Origin: Takakia lepidozioides
Taxonomy: Eukaryota > Plantae > Bryophyta
Length of the DNA stretch: 64,000 bases
Assembly (NCBI GenBank): GCA_030704615.1
Contig: CM060732.1
Coordinates: 56,172,001-56,236,000, forward strand
Direction: 5' to 3'
Shown here: piece after piece, positions 24,501 to 36,500 of the stretch
How positions within the stretch are numbered: the first letter of the stretch is position 1
Layout: each line of letters opens with the position of its first letter
Translations under genes and position numbers: made by a program
The notes under the pieces: model-generated
The model's input: only the letters and a program-made list of their open reading frames with translations
What the model was told of the DNA's origin: nothing
Databases searched by the model: none

Positions 24501-27500
24501 CCCTGCTACCATCTATGGTTGTGAGTTCTGGGCACCTGGTGTCCCTGTCTCCTGGTGGGAAAAGAATTTGGAACCATTACAGTCATCTTTTCTCCAAGCA
24601 ATGCTTGGCGCCAGCAGCACAACTCCATCTCAGATCCTAGGTGCAGAGTTCGCATGTGTACCATTGCAATCCGAGGCCCTCTTCCGGCTTACAATCTTTC
24701 TCCATAGATTACAGGCCCTTCCACCCAAGGGGCTCGTGGCAAGGGCCCTCACAACATCTATGAGGCTCAAAGCTGCAGGTTTCAGGAACTCCTGGTATGC
24801 TCGAGTGGACAGTTTATTTCAACGTAACGGACTTTCTACTGCTTTCCTATTACCAATGAATCCAGATGAGGTGGACATCACATCCAGACATGACTGCAAC
24901 AGACTCATTAGGAGAGAGCTTATGGAATTACATGTCAAGAGAACTTGGAAGCTACCCAATCTCACGACAAAGCTCCACTTCTATCGAGAGACATTCTTGG
25001 TGCTCCGTGATGATAGAATCTTGAGACCAAATTACCTTTCAGCATCCTTATCTCCTTCCCTCCTGAGGGCATTGGGGCGGTTCAGGGTGGTTTCCCACAA
25101 CCTACGGATAGAGACTGGCAGATGGGATAACCTGCAACGGGAGGACCGCCTATGTCCAGCTTGCATAGGCCGCAGCAAGGAAATTGAAACTGAAGAACAC
25201 TTCTTCTTCTACTGCCCTCTATACTACGAGATCCGTGGGAGATTCCACTGTTTATTCAGTGGAACCCAAACTCTCACTGATGTCTTCTACTATGAGGATC
25301 AAAAATGCTTGGCAGCCTACCTGCACGAGGCCTTCACCCTTAGACAATCGCTAGAACATTAATTGTGGTTTCTGGATTTGTTCCTCTCTCATGTTTTCTT
25401 CCATTTTGTCCCATAAGCTCTATGAGCTTTCCGCGGACGTTATAAAGCACCATTTCATTTCATTTCATGATGTTACAGAGTTTCTTTTGTTCTTTCGGAG
25501 GGGGTGGATATTGCGTCCAAACAGGACCACAATAGATGCATCAGAAGAGAACTTATGGAACTGCACGCCAGGCGTACACGGAAACCGGCCACTCTAACAA
25601 CAAAACTGCAATTCTATCGGGAGACATTCTTGGTTCTAGGTAATGGTAGGATCTTGCTGCCTAATTAGCTGTCTGCAGCTCTATCTCCCTCCCTTCTAAG
25701 GGCATTTGGGAGGTTCAGGGGGGCTCCTACAGTCTGAGGATAGAGACTGGTAGGTGGGAAAATATGAGAAGATTGACTCTGCCCCACTTGCGCTGGGAAC
25801 TACGGGGAGATTGAAAGTGAAGAACATTTCTTCTTTCACTGCCCTCATACTATGAGATCTGTGGGAGATTCAACTGTCTATTCTGGGATACCCAATCTTT
25901 CACGGAGGTCTCCCAGTACGAGGATCAGAAATGCTCGGTAGCTTACCTGCATGGACCATTGACTCTTAGACAATCCCTTGAGCTTTAGTTGCTTTTGGGC
26001 TGTTTGTGGTCCCTCTCTCTTTCTTGTTTCTTTCTTCCTCTTGTCCCACGAGCTCTTTGAGCTTCCCACGGACATTATAAAGTACCATTTCATTTCATTT
26101 CTCCCTCCCATTTGAGCTTTCTGTGGACGTTCTGAAGTATCATTTCATTTCATTTCATTTCTCCCCCATTTCCAACCACCAGAAGCTGACAGGAGTAAGA
26201 AAACTTATGCCAGAACCTGCAAGATGGCAGGGCTCTTCTCAGCCTCTGCGGCAGCCACCACAGCCATGACTCCTTCTAAATTGTAGACATTGAATGCTCC
26301 AAGAGCGTATCCTCCTTCTTCTGCTGCCTGGAAATGCCAATAAAGTCACTCCTTTGATGAGATCACGCTTGTATGATCAAAGTGGAATAACATCCAATCT
26401 GCCAATACGACCAAATCTCCAGGACCGGACAATTGATGGTGTAATGTTGTGAAGGAGGTTGTTTACCAGAAGAAGGTCTTTTGTCATTGGGGGAGCTGGC
26501 CGTGACCACAACTTAACTAACTGGGCAAGTGCATCAGGCCCTCCCACGTTGCCTGCACCATTGGTACATATAAATGCATTGGCTTCATTCATCTTGGTAG
26601 CTAAAGCTTGGGCTAAAAATTGCAAAGAGCGAGATATTGTACTCATGATAGCTACTACAACACTGTTCTCACACACGAATCTTAAGTTAACCTGATATTC
26701 CCATTGCCCATCTTCTTACATTATCAGACAGTTCAAAACATACCAGGAAACACAATGTAAGGGATGCCCGGATGTCGGCTGCCTGGTCCTAGGCGCCACA
26801 AGGGCACTCCTGGCAAGGCTTGACCCACGACTTCTGCCCGCTGTGCTCCCATTGCCTTTGTTGCGAGGTCAGATGATGTTATCCCTCCCTGCATGGCACA
26901 CCCTGGTCACTACATCGAAGGCCAAGCAGGAGGGTCCATGACTGCAATGCAATGATATCTTGTATCCCAACAAGCAAGACTCAAGATATCAAAAGAAAGG
27001 GAAAGCTCTTTGAGCTCTGCACAGAATGAAATGAAATGAAATGGTACTTCTAATGTCCGCGGAAAGCAGGCTTATGGGACAAGAGAAAACATGAAACAAG
27101 AAAGAGAGAGGGGCCCTCCAGAAGCAGCTAAAAAACAGCAAAACTTTATGAACTTCATAGCTTTATAATGTCCATGAATTTTTGTATATCTGCAGGTGGC
27201 CTATGGAACACAGTAGAACAGAGAAACTTTAGTTAGACTGCTCTATACTGCTGGTGCTTAATCTCACAGCTCTTCAGTTTCCTGCTCTCCAAATCTCTAC
27301 TCCCCATTACATCATTTAAAACCGTAATCACTCCCTTTAACGTTGCAGGCTGAAAGTTGTTGAGGTCTTAGACTGCACTGGCTCCGACCTGCCATGTAAG
27401 TTCCAACTCTACTCACTTGTACCGAACATCGAATTCTTTGGCCAAAGTCAACATGAGGTGTCTACCTTGGCAAGTAGATAGCGGGGTCGCGTCTTTATGC

Positions 27501-30500
27501 GAGTTACAATCTCTACTAGAGCAGAACTCACTTTGCTCCCAATATCCAGATTTCCCGTCACACCTGGCATCCCATAGCATTAGTACTGGAGCTGTACCAC
27601 TTTTCTAAATAATTTGCTAACCAAGATTACTCAATCTAACCTATGTGTGTGGCCACACAATAAGTTAACCCGAGATCATTCAACATTTTCCACAAAAACT
27701 GAGTGGCTTTCCAGTACCAGTTGTGGCAACAGTTTTATCCGTAATATAGAACATGGTTAAGTATCCAATATTTCTGGTCCAAAGTCTAATGTACTTTGGT
27801 ATGTTGAAGAGCAAGCTAAATAAAAAGAAGTACTTTGCTTACAAAACTTTAAAGTAGATGTTAGAAAAGACTCTCAACAGTGGCTGTATATAGGTGGTCA
27901 CATTGCACTCAATTGAAGGGCATGAAATTTCAGGTGACGTACTGGAGCCCAGCAGAAGTTGGCGGCTGGTCATGATGAGCGTATCCTTGCCTGCACCCAG
28001 CAATGAGTCGGCCACTCTTGCGCACCGGGTTATCTCCAACTCTCTCTCACTGGCCGACCCCGTGGCCAATGCACCCACACTTACCTGCCATCACAAACCT
28101 CCCTTACATAAACACGTCAATCTGCTAACTGGAGATTGTGAAAACATTTGCAATGGGCTACAGCCTTCTTCGCCAAGAATCTAACTTAGTGAGGGGTTTT
28201 CTAAAGAATGGAAGGATACAGTAGAAAGAACTGTTCCTACGATCCAAGACAGCCCTGATAGACTCCAACATCTAAAGGGCTATAAGACGGTGGGAGTATG
28301 GTATTGTCAACGAGCTAATTAAGCATGGCGGCGATCCCATGGGAGAGGCCCTTACCCTTCCCTTTAACCTTCTTTGGAAGACTGAAATGATACCCTTCTG
28401 CTGGAGAGAGGGTGTCATTGTCAATCTGTGTAAGACAGGCAACAGAGGAGAGTATGCTGCCCACCTACTGGGATATTAGTATGTCACTCACAGTGATGCA
28501 TTCGAGAAAATCCCCACAGTGTGCGTTAAGTTCCTCAACCTGCTCAGAATGACAAGAAAGAGTCAGAAATGGTTTGGAAAGCTTTTGCCTTGATGCAGGC
28601 GTCGTGAACTAACATAACTGGTTTTAGACATCGCCACACGTGGTACTGCAGACAAAAGGATAGATTTCATTGCAAATAGAGTAGTATGGGGGCAGGGACG
28701 TTGAAGAGAGCAGAATATCTACTACCATTGTTGCAACCTGTATATATTAAAGATCTGGCATTTGTAGGTTGGCTCCATCCTTTGAGATTACTGTAGCAAG
28801 CTCTTCACTAGAGACTCATTAATCGAAGACTCCGCCATCACCACCACACAACAGGAGAAATGAAATGGTACTTATAACGTCCGCGAAAAGCTGAAAGAGC
28901 TTATGGACAAAATGGAAAAAAACCAAGAGAGAGGAGACAAAACCAAAGCCAAAAAGCAGCCCAAAAGCAACTACTGATCAAGGGATTGCCTAAGGGTCAA
29001 GGCCTCGTGCAGTTAAGCTGCCAAGCATTTCTGATCCTCATAATGGAAGCCTCAGTGGGTAGCTTCCAAGTTCTCCTGACATGTAGTTCCATAAGTTCTC
29101 TTCTAATGAGTCTGTTGCGATCCTGTTTGGATGTGATTTCCACCCCCTTCTGGATTTGGTGGCAATAGCGAAGCAATAGAGAGTCCATTGCGCTCCAAAA
29201 AACTGCACACTCGAGCATACCAGGAGTGCTTGAAACCTGCTGTTTTGAGCCTAATAGATGTTGCGAGGGTTCTTGCCACGAGCCCTTGGGTGGAAGGGCT
29301 TGTAACCTTTGAAGAAAGATGTAAGCTGGAAGAGGGCCTCGGTTTGAAGTGGCACGCAAGCAAACTCTGCACTCTGAGATGGTGTGTTGCGCCTCTGGCG
29401 CCAAGCATTGCTCAGAGAAAAGACGACTGCAACCGTTCCAGATTTTTCTCCCACCAGGAAACTGGGACACCAGGTGTCCAGAACTCACAGCCATAAGTGC
29501 CGGCCGGGGTGACAACAGTGTCAAAGAGCCACTTTTTGGCTGGGGGGTGGGCGCAGATGTATCTGTTTGCATTTGGCCTGAAGGTGGATGCAGGCAGCCT
29601 TGCCCTTTGTCAATCTGTCCAGGGCAGTCAATGCAAACTGGAATTTGGGAGAGTGGATAACCAGACCCAGGTATTGGTATGATGTCACAATCTCGCTTCC
29701 TGCGGGTTGAAGATGAATCTGCAGTCCGCCTGGCCATTGAAAACCATGATCTTAGTTTTGCTAAGATTGACCTGCAACCCCTAGTCTTTGGAGAACTCTT
29801 CCAAGATGCGAAGATGGCGTTGTAAGAAGACAGGAGATTGTGCGAAGAGGGCCGCATCATCAGCATAGAGGAGTGCTAATTGCATTGGTACCCCATCCAA
29901 CAGCACCCCAACTCCATGGTTTTTTGAGATGTAACCCTCCAAAGCATCAATGTAGATCCCAAAGAGGGTAGGTGAGAGAGGGGGCAGCCCTGTTTGACCC
30001 CAATGTTGCTATGCACGCTCTGTCCTTTGTACGTGTGGCAGGTGAACTGACTGGAGAATTTGTAGTTGGTAGTGCCATTGTAGATGACAAGCCCTTGAAC
30101 CTCACAAAATTTGAGTAGATGGTGACCATAACTTGTAATTTCACTAGAGACATCCACACTTTGCCTCTCCAAGGCCGTATGTGAGTGTTGAATGTGTAGA
30201 GAGTCCGTGGGGTCGAAGGTTGGCGCCTATAGTGATCCTATACGTGCATTGAAATCTCCAACCAAAAATTTGTCCGTTTGTGGGGTACGGAGGCGAATGA
30301 TCAGTAGACATGGAGCACGTATTTCTACTCTCAGAGAAAGACACCCCTCACTTACAATTTGCAAATTTCCACACATTGGAAAGAGGGGTCATCTGGGACG
30401 TCTTTCGATGGAACATATGGCGAATCTGTTCTCATTTGACAGCCACTGTGTGGAGATGCATCCTGGGAAAAATAACATCCCACCGATAAAATGTTTGGTT

Positions 30501-33500
30501 GAGGATTGTAGCCCTTGATGTGACACCAGATGTACCTTGCCAGTGGGTCTTTGTATGGGAAGGAAACGCATGGTAGAAGCCAGTCAGCAAAGTAACAAGC
30601 CACTCCATTAGAGCCTTTGAGACCTGTGTGTTGACGAGTCTCTGACTGAAAGCTATATCTGAGAATAGAAGGAGGGTCATTTCCTTCATACTGTTAGAAG
30701 GGCGACGATGCTGCTGTCGAATGATGACCCTCCCATCTCTGTATACAGCATGGTGCCCCTGTGCACGAGCCTGCTTGAATTGAGAAAGTTGAGCCCGCAT
30801 GACATTGTATTGCATAGGGGTCAAATCATCATTGAGGTACATTATCTGTCCTCTCAATTGAGGACTCCGTCTAAGAACCCTCTCCCGGGCACCTGTATCT
30901 TTTAATCTTATGAACAAGATCTTGTGCTCCGGAGTTCCTGCACGCCAAGCCCGTTCAATGTCACTCGCTCCCCATGGTAGAGCAAGGTTTTGTTGAATGA
31001 GGGTGGTGGGTGGTGGCCGCGTCAAGAGGGTTTTGCAAGAGGGTTCTGCAAGGGTACCTTGTTGACCAGTGAACCGGATGTTCAGAGCTTTGAAAGCTAA
31101 CTCAAGTACGGTGGCTGAAACTATTTCTTCCAACGTATGGGAGCTCTTGCTGGCCTGTGTTATGCTGCCCTTGACAATGTTAGCCTAAGGGGAAGCCTCT
31201 GCCTTATGGTCCTTGAGCTCCTGAGCCATTGTAGACGTAGTTGCCTTGTGGGTCTCCAATTCTTTAGTGAGGGTTAGCAGTTGCTGATGAATATTCGCCA
31301 CGAGGGGACGTCTCCGAAGCACGACTGTCAACCATTTGCTCCATAGGACCAAGTTTGTCCGTCAGAGTCTTTGTTAAGTCGATTTCCAGTGCGCCTAGTT
31401 CCTTTTCCACTTTGGCCAAGCGACCCGAGAGGTCCTTCTCTGTGAGGGACCTCACTTGACCCTCAAGCTTACAGATGCGAGTGTTGGTTGTCTTTATGTT
31501 GAGCTGTTTCAACAGACCATCAAATTTGCTGTTGCTCTCCACAACAGATGCCTGCAAGTTGGTGACCTCTATTCGTAGGTTCTCCATGTCATTGTCCCAG
31601 GCTGCAAGCAACTGCTGTAGTGTCTCCTCGGAGATGAATCGTGCTTGCAGGAGAGCAAATTGATCCTGACTTTGTTGGATGTCAGCACTCCTCGTGGTGT
31701 ACTGGCGCAGGGTGAAGTATGCTAAGAGGTCAGGGCAGGACGGAGGAGTGGAGAAGAGGATGTGGTAGGTGGTGCACGGGTTGGGCTGAGGGTGTAGGCG
31801 AGTCTCCATCTTCGTCATCAGTCCTTTGACGTTTATACGAGGACATGTTGGAGTGGAGTTGGCGCTGGCGCGCCAATGCGCATGAGTGGAGTGGAGCGCC
31901 GACGCGCTGATGCGCGTGGCGAAGAGAGAAATGAAATGGTACTTTATAACGACAGAAAGACGAAGAAAGAATGAAACAAGAAATAGAGAGGCCTCCACAA
32001 GCTGCCCAGAAACCACTATTGCTCAAGAAAGAGAATAAAAGACATAGAGTGAGGCCAGAAGCAGCCCAAAAGCAGATTCTGCTCTAGGGATCGCCTAAGA
32101 GTCAAAGCTTCGTGCAGATAAGCTGCCAAGCATTCTGATCCTCAGAAGGGAAGACTTCTGTGAGAGTTTGGGTTTCATGGAACAGACAGTGCAATTTCCC
32201 ACGGATCTCATAGTAAAGAGGGCAGTAAAGGAAGAACTGTTCATCAGTTTTGATACATCGGTTGGGCGCGGTGCATGCTGGGCATAGGCAGTCTTCTTGC
32301 TGCAAGTTTTCCCACCTACCAGTCTCTATCCGTAAATTGTGGGAGCCCACCCTGAATCGCCCCAATGCCCTCAGAACAGAGGGAGATAAAGGTGCAGATA
32401 AGTAATTAGACCGCAAGATTCTAAAGAAAGGCTTAGTCAGTCTGAGTGAGGGTCCAAGGGACACAAGTGGAACAACATAGAACCAACCACATATCCACAA
32501 TAGGGGGAGGGTTCAGAAGTCAGTAAAAGAAATGAAATGATGAAATGGTGCTTTCTAACGTCCGCGGAAAGCTCATAGAGCTTATGGGACAAAGAGAACG
32601 AAGGTGCCCTCGAACCTGAGAGTTTAAGGTAGGAGGAAGCACACCTGTTTAGTGGTTTTGGGCACATAAGAGCCCACTACCAAAAGTCCACCATTTTTTC
32701 CAGTTGGGTGCCCATACACTCCAAGGTCCTGTGGTGTAAGGGGTGGCTGAGGCCGTAGACCAATCCGTGCTGACACAAATGCAGCCGCTGTGCGACACAA
32801 AAAGCACCTCCCTTTAGCTTCTGCCTGTTTGTCAAGCGACATCCACTGATTATATTCCGCAATCGCAATGCAGGTTTGCCATTCACTATCTGTTGATTAT
32901 ATTGGGTAGTGCTGTCCGCACACCCCAAATCAGCAAAGCACTCCTTGGAAGCCACTTTGCTGGCAGAAAGTATGTTACATGTCCATGTCCAATATAAAGC
33001 TATGTGCCCATTCCAACGTGTATGTTTTTGCACCCTTGAGGATTTCGTATGCATGGAAGTAAAGCTCCTTTATGATGCATGCTTGTCAGTTCACATATAT
33101 GGAGGATGTCAACCTATGGGGCTTGAAAGAACATCCTCGTCTAACTATGAAGTATCAGAAACAATCGCTCAAATTATGCATCTTTGCAAGAAAGTTGAAC
33201 TGTGGAGTAGACTCGACTTTGGATGGGATTGTCTTTCTGGAAATTTTCCAATCCTGATGTAGTGCATAATGACCTTTTAAGTGTGCTAAAGGGAATTGAA
33301 ACTGAAGAACACTTCTTCTACTGCCCTCTGACTACGAGATCCGTGGGAGATTCCACTGTTTATTCAGTGGAACCCAAACTCTCACTGATGTCTTTCACTA
33401 TGAGGATCAAAAATGCTTGGCAGCCTACCTACACGAGGCCTTCACCCTTAGACAATCGCTAGAACATTAATTGTGGTTTCTGGATTTGTTCCTCTCTCAT

Positions 33501-36500
33501 GTTTTCTTCCATTTTGTCCCATAAGCTCTACGAGCTTTCCGCGGACGTTATAAAGCACCATTTCATTTCATTTCATGATTGGAGGAAGTCAAGTCAAGCT
33601 AACCCAAGTTAGAGCTGGTGGTGAATTTTCCTAGGTTCAGTTAGCTGTAGTACAACAGCAGTGGTCACTTACTTCAATCATGCCCGCTGCAAACACTTCA
33701 ACGTCTCGATTGCTTGCTGCATTGACCACACAAATGGAGCCCTGACAGGAAAACGGTAAAAACCACTGATCAAGTTGTGGACATAAATGAAAACTTGTAC
33801 AAAATCTTGACCTACAGCTACTTCCTAAAGTGCCATGTGCACCTGTTTTAACTGACTGCTTGCATACTTCAACAATGTTGAATGCCTTTTTCCCTCCACA
33901 ATAGTGACTAATATGATAGAATGTACTCATAAGACATTGTTTGCCGTAGCCTTGTGGCCATTGACCCCGCACCCAGTTTGAGCGGAACATGAAGGGACAG
34001 AACCTAACTCAGTCAGGGGCTGACGTCGGTAGTAAGACTTACCTTGATAAAGGACATTGATTCAGGTTTTCCAGATATCCTCTAGAAATCCCTTCACACA
34101 AGCATCAATCTGCTGTGTGTGGTTTGCCCAGTAACTAGGCCCCTAATAGAATAGAGATGTCTAGGCTGCCTCATGACAAACGTACCTTGGGAAGCGCACA
34201 GAGTTGTTGACAGACAGCTGCTGGACCTCCCTTACGGAGAGTATCAATGGACACAGATGCAACATTCTTGGCCAATACTCGGCCCCCGGTTTTCTCCTCA
34301 ACCCACTGCAGTTCGCCAAAAGATTTCAATTTATGTCAGGTATAGCTACCTTGAGCTAGATTAGACTTGTTGAAAGTGATCTAAGAATCAGAAAAGCTTC
34401 AGAGAACTACCTCACGAAGATTTGATGCTTGGTAGCCAAAAACTGCGTCATTTGCAAATTCAGTCTGCCCTGCAGGCACCAGCCTGTAATGAAGTAACCC
34501 ACAGAGAGGTAGTTTCAGACTGCATGCAACAGATGTGCATCGCTTGATACAGGAAGGTGAAATGTTTAGTATCAGCCCTCAGAACTGATGACATCACAAA
34601 TTGTGCTCAGGGGCATCAGTTGCACTGCTGGGCCTTTGGAACATTGCAATGACAGCTTCTGTTTTGACACAAATTATGGCAAGCAGGCCAAAAACAAAGG
34701 GATATTTTCCACATGCTCGAAAACCCTGAGCTTGTGACTGCTGGATTAGTGAGTAAAGAATTCAAGTTCAGATCTCGGCATTAGAAGGGAAGAAAAACAT
34801 AATCAGAGGGTAGAAGGCATTAGAAAACCCACATGTCTCCATCAGCCACATAGTGAACATCATTGATGGTGTAGCGGCCACCTTCTAGAAAGAATGGACA
34901 AATGAGCCATGCATCTGTCTCTCCTATTATGGTGGAAGCAGCATCTGCCTCCTGCTAGCCAAAAGCGAACCTTAATAGGAGAGTCGGAAGGAGACACAGC
35001 AAAGTCCATGTGCCAACTCTTAGTTGGATGCTAGTTCAAGGAATTAGCTTTGTACATGCAAAAACAAGGGAAAAAAAATAGAAACTTTATAATTTCACAG
35101 GGGACCCACATAAGAAGAACAACTTTTATGGCGTTCAATTGAGCCCCAGAGATAACTTTGAGAGAAGCGGATTTTGCACTTCAAGCCCAGAGAGTCCTAC
35201 CTGCGGAAAGTGGCCTCGCAGGGTTGAGTCCCCCCGTAGAACAATAGTATAGCCAATGCCTCCCGCAGCTGTTGCTGCCTTATCCACATTCTTGCAAATC
35301 TCTTTGGTCAGTGTGAAGGCCTGCAGACCCCTTCTAGCAATCCCTGTCACTGTGTTGCATCTCTCTGGATGACTGATGGTTACACATTATCATCATGCAC
35401 AAAAACTAACTTAATTCCATTGTACACCCTTGTGAGGGCCACCTTTAATATAGGCAAAAGTAGAGCCCACCCTTGAAAGGAGGCAGTAGCCGCAAGGTGA
35501 AGTGGCTCTTTAGTTATGCCGGCTTTGGCTGGAGTTTTCTCTCTCTCTCATTTCATTTCATTTCATTTCTCTAAGCAGGCAAGACCATCTCCCTGTTTCT
35601 TGTGTCCATAAGCTCTTTGAGCTTCCCGTGGATGTTACAAAGTCCCTTTCCTTTCCTCTCTGTTCTCTGTGCTCTATGAGCTTTCCACGGACGTTATAAA
35701 GCACCATTTCATTTCATTTCTGTCCCTTGGGCCCTTTGGGTCTCCCACAGACGTAATTAAGAAAATTTCTTTCTTTTTGGGCTGCTTTTTGGCTCTGGTT
35801 TTCTCCTCTCTCTTGTTTTTGTCCCATAAGCTCTTTGAGCTTTCCATGGACATTATAGTGTACCATTTCGTGTCATTTCTTTGAGCTTTCCTCGGACTTT
35901 ATAAAGTACCATTTCATTCATTTCTTTCTGGTGGGTTATAACCGTATGGAAAGCTCAGGCCCTCCAGCCAAACACACATAGATGGGTGAAGACCAACTGT
36001 TCCTGTTACAACTTAGCCTTCCCCTACTTTAAAACTTGAAGGACAACTGAGGATACTGAGAAAAGGGATAGAACATAAATAAGCATGATAATTGACGTAA
36101 AGTCACCTCATCACTACTGAGAGCTCGGGAGTTTGTTAGGATGAAGAAACAATCTGGTCCAGAACGAAATTCATTCTGTAATGTGTCAAAGCTCCTGCCA
36201 TCACCATTCGACAAACAGATATCACAATTCTAACTTCATTTCTCACAACTCCCTCTCTCCCACCCTGCCTCCCGTCATGGTTCATTCAAGGGCATGAGAT
36301 CTATGACCACAAGATCACAGAAACACTGACTATAGAGGAAATCTATATCCCTTGGGCCCTTGGACATCCCACAGATGTTATAAAGTACCATTTCACTTAT
36401 TTCTTTCTTTCTTTCAGTAGAAGAAGAACACTTCTTCTTCTTCTACTGCCCTCTACTGTTTATTCAGTGGAACCCAAACTCTCACTGATGTCTTCCACTA

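Noticed and set aside
22978-25465. LTR retrotransposon with ~520-bp LTRs
   Set aside because: The repeats are coding 3' ends of a LINE. There is no TG..CA, PBS or integrase, and the RT is non-LTR type.
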